DNA of 64,000 bases from Actinomycetota bacterium (GTDB lineage: Bacteria > Actinomycetota > Thermoleophilia > Solirubrobacterales > 70-9), in NCBI GenBank assembly GCA_046733335.1, contig JBKPOX010000084.1:6911-70910 (forward strand). Reading direction: 5' to 3'. The stretch's first letter is position 1, and the number at the start of each line of letters is the position of its first letter. The notes beneath the pieces were generated by a model. It had not been told where the DNA came from and did no database searches. It worked only from the letters and a program-made list of their open reading frames with translations. The position numbers were made by a program, and so were the translations under genes. Positions 36,946 to 45,077 of the stretch are shown here, piece by piece.

Positions 36946-38074
36946 GGGACAGAACCTCCTTCGCCAGCTCCCGGTAGTAGTTGGCAGCGCTCGAGTTCGA
37001 ATCGTACTTGAGCACGGAGGAGCCTTTGACGGGGGCCTCGGCGAATTTGATCGCCTTCTTGATCCGCGACTGGAAGACGAGGTCGCCGAAGTTCTCCTCG
37101 AGGATCTCCACCGCCTCCTTGGCGTGGATCGTCCGCGAGTCCAGCATCGTCGGCAGGATGCCCTCGATCCGCACGTCGGGGTTGAGGTTCTCCTGGATCA
37201 TCCGCAGGGTGTTCTGGAGCTGGACCAGCCCGCGCATCGACAGGTACTCGCACTGGACCGGGACGATCACCTTGTTCGCCGCGGTCAGCGCGTTGATCGT
37301 CAGCAGGCCCAGGCTGGGCGGCGTGTCGATGCAGACGAAGTCGTAGTCGCCGGCGACCTCTTTGAGCGCTTTCTCCAGCGAGCGCTCGCGGCCGATCTTC
37401 GTGCTCATCGCGATCTCGGCGCCCGCCAGGTCGATCGAGGCGACGGCGATGTCGATCTCGCGCTTGACGATGATCTCGGCGATCGGCATGTCGTTGACGA
37501 GCACGTCGTAGAGGCTCTTCTCGACCTTGTCGGGATCGATCCCCTGGCTCATCGTCAGGTTCCCCTGCGGGTCGAGGTCGACGCAGAGCACCCGATAGCC
37601 GGACTCGGCGAAGGCCACCGCCAGGTTCAGGGTGGTGGTCGTCTTCGCGACCCCGCCCTTCTGGTTGGCGAACGCGATGACCTCGGCGCTCTTCACCGGC
37701 GCCTCCTCGACCGCCTCCTTCTCCTTCAGGAAGTCGAGCCGCGTCGGCGCGATCAGGTCGACAGCCTTCATACGAGCATCTCCCCCGTCCTCCGGCTCCT
37801 CCTCCACAGCCTTCACCGACGGCTCGGCCTTCTCGACCACCACCTCGGACGGCTCGATCTGCTCCGCCGGCGACGTCTCAGCCGCGGGTGGCGACGATTC
37901 CGAGGACTTTCCCGGTAGGGAGAGCCCGGAATCGGAGACAGGACCTGCGGGCCAGGCGCTCTCGTCCCGTAGGGGTACCGCCTCTTCCATCTCCTGCAGG
38001 TCGTCGACGATCTGCCGCTCCTCCTGAATCTCGACGGGAGCAGGCTTCGGCTTCTTTCGGCTTAGAAATCCCAT
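36932..38074 (-). CDS. ParA/Soj-family ATPase (orphan, PldP/Rv1708-like), possible ~100-aa N-terminal extension
   Basis: [43 protein letters not shown] (deviant Walker A KGGVAKTT), [17 protein letters not shown]. Alternative start ATG 37771 has GGGGGAG upstream. The longest form starts at 38074 ([11 protein letters not shown]...) and has no SD. Confidence 0.85.
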   Translation of the reverse strand: MGFLSRKKPKPAPVEIQEERQIVDDLQEMEEAVPLRDESAWPAGPVSDSGLSLPGKSSESSPPAAETSPAEQIEPSEVVVEKAEPSVKAVEEEPEDGGDARMKAVDLIAPTRLDFLKEKEAVEEAPVKSAEVIAFANQKGGVAKTTTTLNLAVAFAESGYRVLCVDLDPQGNLTMSQGIDPDKVEKSLYDVLVNDMPIAEIIVKREIDIAVASIDLAGAEIAMSTKIGRERSLEKALKEVAGDYDFVCIDTPPSLGLLTINALTAANKVIVPVQCEYLSMRGLVQLQNTLRMIQENLNPDVRIEGILPTMLDSRTIHAKEAVEILEENFGDLVFQSRIKKAIKFAEAPVKGSSVLKYDSNSSAANYYRELAKEVLSHGSA

Positions 38075-38166
38075 TGCGCGGATATTCGTATGGGGGCCGG
38101 CTTTTCCTGCCGGCTGCCGAAATTGCTAGGAATCAGCCAATCCCCGACCTCCTCGACAAGCGGCTC

Positions 38167-39060
38167 GTGATCGTCACCGGCAAGGGTGGCGTCGGCAAGA
38201 CGACCGTCGCCGTGGCGCTCGGCCTGCGCGCCGCGAGCGAAGGCAAGCGCACGATCGTCTGCGAGGTCGCCTCGCAGGAGAACGCCTCGCGGATGTTCGA
38301 GCACACCGCCGTCGGCTTCCACGAGGTGGAGATGGAGGAGAACCTGTGGTCGATCTCGATCGACCCCGATGAGTCGATGCGCGAGTACGTGCTGCTGCAG
38401 CTGAAGGTGCGGGCGATGCGGGACATGCTCTTCCGCAGCCGCATCTTCAACTACCTGGCCGCGGCGACCCCGGGGCTGAAGGAGCTGGTGACGATCGGGA
38501 AGATCTGGGAGCTGGCCCAGCTCGACCGCAAGGTGAAGAGGGGGCGCAAGTACGACCTGGTGATCGTCGATGCGCCTGCGACCGGCCACGGCGTCGGCTT
38601 CCTGCAAACGCCGCGCACCTTCGCCTCGATCGCCCGGGTCGGCCCGATCCACTCGCAGGCCCAGACGCTCGACCGCTTCATCACCGACCACGAGAACACC
38701 GGGGCCGCGATCGTCGCCCTGCCGGAGGAGATGCCGGTCAACGAGTCGGTGTCGCTGGAGCGCGACCTGCGCGACGAGGTCGGCGTCTCGGTCGACCGTG
38801 TCTACCTCAACGGCCTCTACCCGGAGCGGTTCAAGAAGGACGAGGCGGAGCGGCTCTGGCAGCTGGCGGAGAACGAGAACGGGGCGGCGAAGGCGGCGGC
38901 GCGGGCGGCGCTCTCGGAGTTCAGGCGGGCGAAATCTCAGCGCTCGCAGCTGAACCGGCTGCGCCGCGGGGTCGAGGCGCCGGTGAAGACGCTGCCCTTC
39001 CTCTTCGAGCCCGAGCTCGACGTCGAGGCGGCGCGGACACTGGCGGGGAGACTCGCCTGA
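38167..39060 (+). CDS. ArsA/Get3-like ATPase 1 (Rv3679-like)
   Basis: VIVTGKGGVGKTTVAVALG (P-loop), IVDAPATGHGVGFL, VALPEEMPVNES. Start is uncertain: GTG 38167 or upstream to TTG 38074. The track ORF from 37888 overlaps the parA-like gene. Confidence 0.8.
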   Translation: MIVTGKGGVGKTTVAVALGLRAASEGKRTIVCEVASQENASRMFEHTAVGFHEVEMEENLWSISIDPDESMREYVLLQLKVRAMRDMLFRSRIFNYLAAATPGLKELVTIGKIWELAQLDRKVKRGRKYDLVIVDAPATGHGVGFLQTPRTFASIARVGPIHSQAQTLDRFITDHENTGAAIVALPEEMPVNESVSLERDLRDEVGVSVDRVYLNGLYPERFKKDEAERLWQLAENENGAAKAAARAALSEFRRAKSQRSQLNRLRRGVEAPVKTLPFLFEPELDVEAARTLAGRLA

Positions 39061-40211
39061 TGGCGTCGGTCGGCGAGGTCCTCGAGGGCAAGTCGATCTG
39101 CATCTGCGCCGGCTCGGGGGGCGTCGGCAAGACGACGACCTCGGCGGCGATCGCCCTGGGGATGGCGGCGCAGGGGCTGAAGGTCTGCGTGCTGACGATC
39201 GACCCGGCGAAGCGGCTGGCCGACTCGCTCGGCCTTGAGGAGCTGGGCAACGAGGCGCGCCGCGTCGACCCGGCGCTGTTCGAGCAGCAGGGCGTGGAGG
39301 TGAGGGGCGAGCTGTGGGCGATGATGCTCGACGCGAAGGCGACCTTCGACGAGCTGATCGCGCGCCAGGCTCCCGACGAGGAGTCGCGCGACCGGGTCCT
39401 GAACAACCGCATCTACCAGCAGATCTCCAGCGCCCTGGCCGGCTCGCAGGAGTACATGGCGATGGAGAAGCTGTTCGAGCTGCACACCGAAGGCGAGTTC
39501 GACCTCCTCGTCCTCGACACGCCCCCGACCCGCAACGCCCTCGATTTCCTCGACGCGCCGAGGAGGCTGACCCAGTTCATCGAGGGCAAATCGCTGCGCG
39601 TGTTCATGAAGCCGACCGGGCTGGCGGCGAAGGTGACCGGCCGCGGCGTCTCGGTCGCCCTCGGCGTCTTCAAGAGGATCGTCGGCTTCGACCTGCTGGC
39701 CGACCTGGCGGAGTTCTTCAACGCCTTCAGCGGCATGGTCGACGGCTTCCAGGCGCGGGCGAAGCGGGTCAACAAGCTGCTGGCCGACCCGGAGACCTGC
39801 TTCCTCGTCGTCTGCGGGCCCCAGGGGGAGCCGATCGACGAGGCCGTCTACTTCCACCGCAAGCTGGTCGAGGCGAAGCTTCCCTTCGGCGGCGTCGTCG
39901 TCAACAAGGTCCACTACCCCGCGGACGAGCTGCGGGCCGAGGTCGAAGACCTCCCGACCGCCCTCGGCGAGAAGCTCGGCGACGGCGACCTCGCCAAGCG
40001 GGTCGCCGCCAACTTCGCCGATTACCAGGCCCTCGCCGAGCGCGACGCGCGCAACATCGACCACCTCGCCTCCGAGCTGCGGACCAGCTGCGTCATCCGC
40101 GTCCCCTACCTCGACGAGGACGTCCACGATTTGGCCGGGCTCTCCCAGATCGACCGCTACCTCTTCGCCACGGCGCAGGAGCGGGTGGAGATGGCGGCGG
40201 GCCGGGCCTAG
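39060..40211 (+). CDS. ArsA/Get3-like ATPase 2 (Rv3680-like)
   Basis: ICICAGSGGVGKTTTSAAIALG, LTIDPAKRLADSLG, VLDTPPTRNALDFLDAP. The ATG shares 1 nt with the stop of ATPase 1 (TGATG). Confidence 0.85.
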   Translation: MASVGEVLEGKSICICAGSGGVGKTTTSAAIALGMAAQGLKVCVLTIDPAKRLADSLGLEELGNEARRVDPALFEQQGVEVRGELWAMMLDAKATFDELIARQAPDEESRDRVLNNRIYQQISSALAGSQEYMAMEKLFELHTEGEFDLLVLDTPPTRNALDFLDAPRRLTQFIEGKSLRVFMKPTGLAAKVTGRGVSVALGVFKRIVGFDLLADLAEFFNAFSGMVDGFQARAKRVNKLLADPETCFLVVCGPQGEPIDEAVYFHRKLVEAKLPFGGVVVNKVHYPADELRAEVEDLPTALGEKLGDGDLAKRVAANFADYQALAERDARNIDHLASELRTSCVIRVPYLDEDVHDLAGLSQIDRYLFATAQERVEMAAGRA

Positions 40212-40277
40212 GCCCGCTGGCGGCTCAGCCGTTCTTCGAGACGCGCCCGATCGGGCTCGCGGGCTCGGTCACGATCT

Positions 40278-40886
40278 TCATCGGATCACCTCCGCCCCTC
40301 CGTGGCTGGGGGATTCGAAGCCGGCCAGGGCCACCGTCGCCTCGAATCCCGCCTCCCCCGACTCCCGCATCCTGTCGGCAGCGCGGAGCTCGGCTTTCGT
40401 CACCGCTTTGAACGTGGTCCAGAGGATTTCGGTGATCTCCTTCCAGCCCAGCTCGTCGACGATCACCGGGCGCCAGGAGATGTGGGCGTTGGCGCGTGCG
40501 GTGAAGGTCCCGGCCTGGAGGGCCTGGGTCATCCGGCCGATCAGGTCGCGCAGGGTGGTGGACGCGACGATCTGACGCAGCTCGTCGGGCATGATCAGCC
40601 AGTCGCGGTCGCTGAAGACCACCTGTTTGATCCGCCTGTAGATGTGTTCGACCGATCCCCGCACCGGCCTGGTCCGGACCAGCTCCACGCATCCCAGGTC
40701 TTCCAGCGTCCGGAAGTGGTGGGTCACGTTCGAGATCGGTTCGTTGCGATGGGCGGCGAACGCCTTCGGGCTGATCTCCCTGTAGCTGAGGATGCCGAGT
40801 AGTTCCAACCGGGTCGGGTGTGCCAAGCCCTTGAGGAGCCGGATGTGCTCCGCATCGGTCTCTATCCGAATGTCTTTCTTCTTCAC
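40278..40886 (-). CDS. ArsR-like winged-helix protein with C-terminal extension
   Basis: IRLLKGLAHPTRLELLGILSYREISPKAFAAHRNEPISNVTHHFRTLEDLGCVELV. GTG 40886 is preceded by GGGAGGGG. Confidence 0.7.
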   Translation of the reverse strand: MKKKDIRIETDAEHIRLLKGLAHPTRLELLGILSYREISPKAFAAHRNEPISNVTHHFRTLEDLGCVELVRTRPVRGSVEHIYRRIKQVVFSDRDWLIMPDELRQIVASTTLRDLIGRMTQALQAGTFTARANAHISWRPVIVDELGWKEITEILWTTFKAVTKAELRAADRMRESGEAGFEATVALAGFESPSHGGAEVIR

Positions 40887-41036
40887 TGCCCCTCCCAACG
40901 GTCTGCTCAGGTTCGAATACTGAGACAAACCCACCCTAGGTCGCGGGAGCCGCAGCGGGGGACGTTTGGTGGCGGCCGGACGACCGCTGCGAACGGTGTC
41001 GACCGTGAGATCGGCGCGGGGGCCGACTCGCGACTT

Positions 41037-42770
41037 CTAGCCCGCGCGGTTGCGCGAGTAGTCGAACTCGAGGTGGTCGACCTCCCAGTCCGCGTCGGGC
41101 ACCGGGAAGAGGTGACGGACCCGGGGGGTGTCGATTCGCTCGCGGTGCTCGATGTCGCGGTCCGAGGCAGCGGGCCATTCGAGCGAGTCGCCGGGTCGGG
41201 CTTCTGAGACCTCCTCCAGCCACGGCGTGGCGGTGATCCTGATCTCGTCCTCGGCCGGGACCGGCTCCATGATGCGGGTCTCCTGCTCCACGTACTCCTC
41301 CTCCGGTAGTTCGTCGACGGGCAGCTGAAGCTCGGCGGAGGGCTCGGGCTCGGCGATGACCCTGAACTCGGGCTCGGAGCCGGCCTCGAACTCGGGCTCC
41401 TCCAGCGCCGGTGCGGGCTCGGGTTCCGCTTCCACGGGCGTCTCGGCTGGGACCGAGACGGTGATCTCGGCGTCGCCGGCCCCGAGGCCGTTGACGATCA
41501 GGGTCTCGTCGGCGGTCGTGCTGAGGTCGTTGCCGAGGTCCCCCAACGCCGCCTGGCGCAGCAGCCCGCGGGTCCCCTCCTCCATCCAGGTCGCGATCTC
41601 TACCGCCCGCTCCATCGGCAGGCCGTTCATCATCGCCCGCTCCAGCCCGAGCACGTCCTCGATCCGCTCGCGCGCCTCGATCCGGTCCATCGAATCGTCC
41701 TCGATCAAGGCGGCGGCCCGCAGCGGCAGCGAGGCGCCGACGGGGCCGTGGCCCTCGAGCACCGCGCGCATCGCCAGCAGGTGGTCGCTCAGCCCCTCGA
41801 GCGCCGTCGGGCGCTCGCAGCCCATCTCGAAGCGGCCGACCGCCCAGGTGAGGGCTGTATCGGGATCCGGCCGGGCCTCCAGCGCGGCGGCGAAGTCGAC
41901 GAGCGCCTCGGCCTCCGCCTCCCCAAGGCGGTAGCCGCCGGGCCGGGCCGCGGGGGCGCCGGTGGCGATCCGCCGCCAGCAGCCCTCGCCGGTAGGCGCG
42001 AAGGCGTGCGGCCCGAGGCCGATTCCGCCTCCCTTGAAGAGCCTCATCACGCTGATCAGCTCACGCAGCTGCTGCAGGGCCGTCTCGGCGCCGCCGTCGG
42101 CGTCCTGGTCGGCGACGGCCAGGTATTGCGGCTCCCAGGCGGCGCGGCCCATCCCCTCGCTGCGCATCGCCTCCACCGGCGCATCGATCGAGTCGGCACG
42201 GACGATCCGCACCCCGTGGGGCAGCTGCAGCCGCGGCGAGGACATGCGCAGGCCGACGATCGGGACGATCAGCACCTCGGCTTCGTCGGCGTCGCGGGAT
42301 TCGGCGTCGAGGGTGGCGAGAGCCGCCTCGAGGCGCTCCCGGTCAAGCGTGAAGCCGGCGGTCCCGTCCCAGAGGGAGGCGAAGAAGGCGATCAGCATCC
42401 CCTCGGCGCGCTCGCCGGGGTCGGCGGGGACGGGCTCCCCCCGCTCCTCCAGGTAGGAGGCGGCGACGCCGGCTTCGACCGCGGCCTCGCGCGCGGCGGC
42501 GAAGCTCGGCAGCGACCGCAGCTCCTCCGCGTGGCTGCGCACGTACTCGCCGGTCATCGGCACGTAGCTGTAGAAGGCGCCCTCCTCCCCGCCGTCGGCG
42601 GCGACGTCGAAGGGGATCTCCTCCCCCATCGCGACGAGCGAGCTGAGCCGGGTCGCGGCCTCGGTGGCGAGCCGCTTTACCGATTCGTTCAGGAGGAAAT
42701 CACGCACCCCCCAGGCTTCCGCCCCCGGCTGGGCGCTCCTGCGCTTGCACGATCGCTTGCACAGGCGCAT
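41037..42770 (-). CDS. hypothetical protein with acidic Glu/Pro-rich C-terminal third
   Basis: 577-aa ORF with consistent codon bias. I recognise no family motif. The C-terminal region is ...PAETPVEAEPEPAPALEEPEFEAGSEPEF...ELPEEEYVEQE. Start is uncertain (ATG 42770 lacks an SD). Confidence 0.55.
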   Translation of the reverse strand: MRLCKRSCKRRSAQPGAEAWGVRDFLLNESVKRLATEAATRLSSLVAMGEEIPFDVAADGGEEGAFYSYVPMTGEYVRSHAEELRSLPSFAAAREAAVEAGVAASYLEERGEPVPADPGERAEGMLIAFFASLWDGTAGFTLDRERLEAALATLDAESRDADEAEVLIVPIVGLRMSSPRLQLPHGVRIVRADSIDAPVEAMRSEGMGRAAWEPQYLAVADQDADGGAETALQQLRELISVMRLFKGGGIGLGPHAFAPTGEGCWRRIATGAPAARPGGYRLGEAEAEALVDFAAALEARPDPDTALTWAVGRFEMGCERPTALEGLSDHLLAMRAVLEGHGPVGASLPLRAAALIEDDSMDRIEARERIEDVLGLERAMMNGLPMERAVEIATWMEEGTRGLLRQAALGDLGNDLSTTADETLIVNGLGAGDAEITVSVPAETPVEAEPEPAPALEEPEFEAGSEPEFRVIAEPEPSAELQLPVDELPEEEYVEQETRIMEPVPAEDEIRITATPWLEEVSEARPGDSLEWPAASDRDIEHRERIDTPRVRHLFPVPDADWEVDHLEFDYSRNRAG

Positions 42771-42824
42771 CGGATTCTTGGCACACCGGGGTGTGCAGGA
42801 AGTCGGATGGGCCGGCGGCAGCGG

Positions 42825-43172
42825 TCAGACGGCGGCCGGCTGCCGATCGGCGGCGTCGCCGAGCAGCCAGCGCATCCCGTAGCTGCGCATGTCCTCGACC
42901 AGCGGCACCAGCGCCTCGCCCTTTGGCGTCAGCGCGTACTCGACCCGGGGCGGCACCTCGGGATAGGTGTGCCGCTCGACGATCCCCTCCTCCTCCAGCG
43001 CCCGCAGGCGCAGCGAGAGGGTGCGGGGGCTGATGCCCTCGAGCGAGCGCTCGAGCTCGCAGAAGCGGGCGCTGCCCTCGGCGAGGTCGCGGATCAGCAG
43101 CAGGGTCCACTTGCCGCAGACGACTTCGGCGGTCCGGCAGACGGGGCAGCTCGAGTTGCTCTCAGCACTCAT
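42825..43172 (-). CDS. HxlR family transcriptional regulator
   Basis: CPVCRTAEVVCGKWTLLLIRDLAEGSARFCELERSLEGISPRTLSLRLRALEEEGIVERHTYPEVPPRVEYALTPKG. Confidence 0.9.
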   Translation of the reverse strand: MSAESNSSCPVCRTAEVVCGKWTLLLIRDLAEGSARFCELERSLEGISPRTLSLRLRALEEEGIVERHTYPEVPPRVEYALTPKGEALVPLVEDMRSYGMRWLLGDAADRQPAAV

Positions 43173-43222
43173 GATCGAAGCGAGACCGGCGATCGGACCA
43201 ATCTCACTTCAAGAAGTGTAGC

Positions 43223-43251
43223 GCCAATGCTTCAATTACTGAAGCATTGGC
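43223..43251. promoter_or_regulatory. 29-bp perfect palindrome between hxlR and tacA (candidate operator)
   Basis: GCCAATGCTTCA-ATTAC-TGAAGCATTGGC, 12-bp arms. A second small palindrome, CACTTC-AA-GAAGTG, sits at 43205-43218. TACAAT lies at 43304-43309, just before the tacA ATGs. Confidence 0.6.
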
Positions 43252-43312
43252 AATCTGCGGGCCTTCACTTACGAAACTTCTGTTTGCCGGTGCACAATGG
43301 CCGTACAATCCA

Positions 43313-43600
43313 ATGGCTATGGCCACGAAGCCAGGGGAAACCCGAGAGCGCCGCTGGAACCTCCGCGTCGAGGACTCTGAGGACGAGATCGTTCGTGCTG
43401 CAAGCGATCTGGCCGAAACGAGCTACAGCAGCTTTGTGCGAGGGGCCGCCGTTTCCGAGGCCCGTCGCATCTTGGCCGATCGGTCTCAGTTCAGGCTCGA
43501 TCCCGTCGAGTGGCGAGAGTTCAACGCTCTACTGGACCGGTCACCTCGTGTTCCTGACGGTTTACGAGACCTCTTTTCGAAGCCCAGCGTCTTCGAGTAG
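43313..43600 (+). CDS. DUF1778 (TacA-like, RHH) antitoxin
   Basis: RRWNLRVEDSEDEIVRAASDLAETSYSSFVRGAAVSEARRILADRSQFRLDPVEWREF is the typical DUF1778 pattern. Sits 16 nt upstream of a GNAT gene. Confidence 0.8.
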   Translation: MAMATKPGETRERRWNLRVEDSEDEIVRAASDLAETSYSSFVRGAAVSEARRILADRSQFRLDPVEWREFNALLDRSPRVPDGLRDLFSKPSVFE

Positions 43601-43616
43601 CTGGCCCTGCTAACCC

Positions 43617-44126
43617 GTGGCTTACTCGCGGCCCGAGCCCCTACGCGGGAAGCATGATGCCCAGGGCTTCTGCTGTGGGGAAGAGGCTCTGGACAACTGG
43701 CTGCACCGGCACGCGCGTCACGCTGAGGCCACCGGATCTGCCAGGACGTTCGTCACGATGGAGGGGGACAAGCTCGTCGGTTACTACGCCCTTGCCGTCG
43801 GTCAGGTTGAGCCCGATGACGCGACTGACAGGCTGCTCAAAGGCCAACCGTCCAGGCGCCCTATCCCCGTCCTCCTGATCGCCCGCCTGGGCGTGGATCA
43901 TCGATACCAGGGAAAGGGGATCGGAACTTCCCTCCTGCAGGACGCGCTGCTCCGTTGCGCGGCCGCCGCCGAGATTGTCGGGGTAAGAGCCGTGGCGGCC
44001 CATGCGAACGAGGATGCAAGCGGCTTTTACGACCAATTCGGGTTTGAAGCGTCTCCCACCGATCCGCTGCATCGGATCCTGTTGATGAAGGACCTGCGCA
44101 AGTTCCTGGACGAGCTGGACGGCTGA
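43617..44126 (+). CDS. GNAT-family acetyltransferase toxin (TacT/AtaT-like)
   Basis: FCCGEEALDNWLHRHARHAEATGSARTFV...YYALAVGQV...LIARLGVDHRYQGKGIGTSLLQDAL...FYDQFGFE. GNAT motif A (Q/RxxGxG) in the canonical DUF1778-GNAT pairing. Confidence 0.85.
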   Translation: MAYSRPEPLRGKHDAQGFCCGEEALDNWLHRHARHAEATGSARTFVTMEGDKLVGYYALAVGQVEPDDATDRLLKGQPSRRPIPVLLIARLGVDHRYQGKGIGTSLLQDALLRCAAAAEIVGVRAVAAHANEDASGFYDQFGFEASPTDPLHRILLMKDLRKFLDELDG

Positions 44127-44156
44127 TCTACAACCCCGCCAGCTCGAACGAGGAGC

Positions 44157-45077
44157 TCAGGAATCGCCGCTCCTGTCGACGACGACCGGCTCCACCTTGA
44201 GGACGTTGACCTTGTAACGGACGTCGTTCTCGCCGTAGACGAAGGTCTCGGGGAAGGTCGGCTCCATTTCCAGGAGCTGGCAGGTGTCGGTGCCCGAGGC
44301 GCACTTGGCGTCGCCGAAGACGCCGGTGACGTCGGTGGAGACGAGCAGCAGGGGCTTGCTGGTCTTCGGGCTGATGCCGAGGTAGGTGACGACCTGCTGT
44401 TTGGGCGAGGGGAGCACGGTCGAGGGCAGGACCCGATGCCGTTCTTCCGGCTCGCTGGTGACCTTCTTCCCCGACTCGGTGGTCTCGATCCTGACGATCT
44501 TGATGTCGGCCGCGTAGGTGTAGTAGACGAGGTCGCCGGGAGCATCGCCGCCACCACCGGCCGACCCTGGGTCGCTGTCCGGTTTGGTCCCGCCTCCGCC
44601 GCCAGAGGGTTCGCTCGGGACGGGCCCGGCCGCCGGCGGGGGGGCGGGCGCGGCGCCGGTCGAGCCCGGCGCGGAGCCGACCACGCCGTCCTCGCCTTCG
44701 CCGCCCGTCACCGTCGTCGTGCCGCCGGTGACAACGGCTTCGGAGCTGACGGCGGAGCCGCTGAAATGCTGCCTGAAGGGGTCCTTGGCGCGCCGGCCCG
44801 AGAGGCGCTTGTCCGGTTCGCGCAGGCCCGGGGTCGCCCGCACCACTTCGATCGCCGAGGTCTCGGCTTCGGCTTCCGGCGCGATCGCGGCCGGCGGCGC
44901 TTCGGTCGCCTCGGGTCCGCCGCCGGAGAGCAGCAGCGGCACCGCGACGATCGCGACGAGCACCAGCGCCACCAGCGGCAGCAGGCGGCGGTCGCGGAAG
45001 TCCTGGTAGAGGTCGCGCAGAACCGGCGGCACCTTCAGCTGGGAGAGCTCGATCTTCGGACCCTTGAGCCTGTTCAC
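44157..45077 (-). CDS. pilus-operon membrane-anchored protein (PilP-position, unknown family)
   Basis: N-terminal TM (LLPLVALVLVAIVAVPLLL), a long Gly/Pro/Ala-rich linker, and a ~130-aa C-terminal globular part. Overlaps the pilO-like stop by 4 nt. Confidence 0.55.
   Translation of the reverse strand: MNRLKGPKIELSQLKVPPVLRDLYQDFRDRRLLPLVALVLVAIVAVPLLLSGGGPEATEAPPAAIAPEAEAETSAIEVVRATPGLREPDKRLSGRRAKDPFRQHFSGSAVSSEAVVTGGTTTVTGGEGEDGVVGSAPGSTGAAPAPPPAAGPVPSEPSGGGGGTKPDSDPGSAGGGGDAPGDLVYYTYAADIKIVRIETTESGKKVTSEPEERHRVLPSTVLPSPKQQVVTYLGISPKTSKPLLLVSTDVTGVFGDAKCASGTDTCQLLEMEPTFPETFVYGENDVRYKVNVLKVEPVVVDRSGDS

Noticed and set aside
40906-40924. tRNA T-loop-like string CTCAG-GTTCGAATA-CTGAG.
   Set aside because: The loop would be 9 nt, and no acceptor, D or anticodon arms can be built from the flanks. 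It lies in the short leader of the ArsR-like gene. No tRNA is called.
42781-42796. Small GC hairpins after several genes: GCACAC-CGGG-GTGTGC at 42781-42796, a stem at 61765-61781, and GCCCGATCGGGC near 40241.
   Set aside because: The stems are only 4-8 bp with no U-tracts. Such short GC palindromes are expected by chance at this base composition, so they are not called as terminators.
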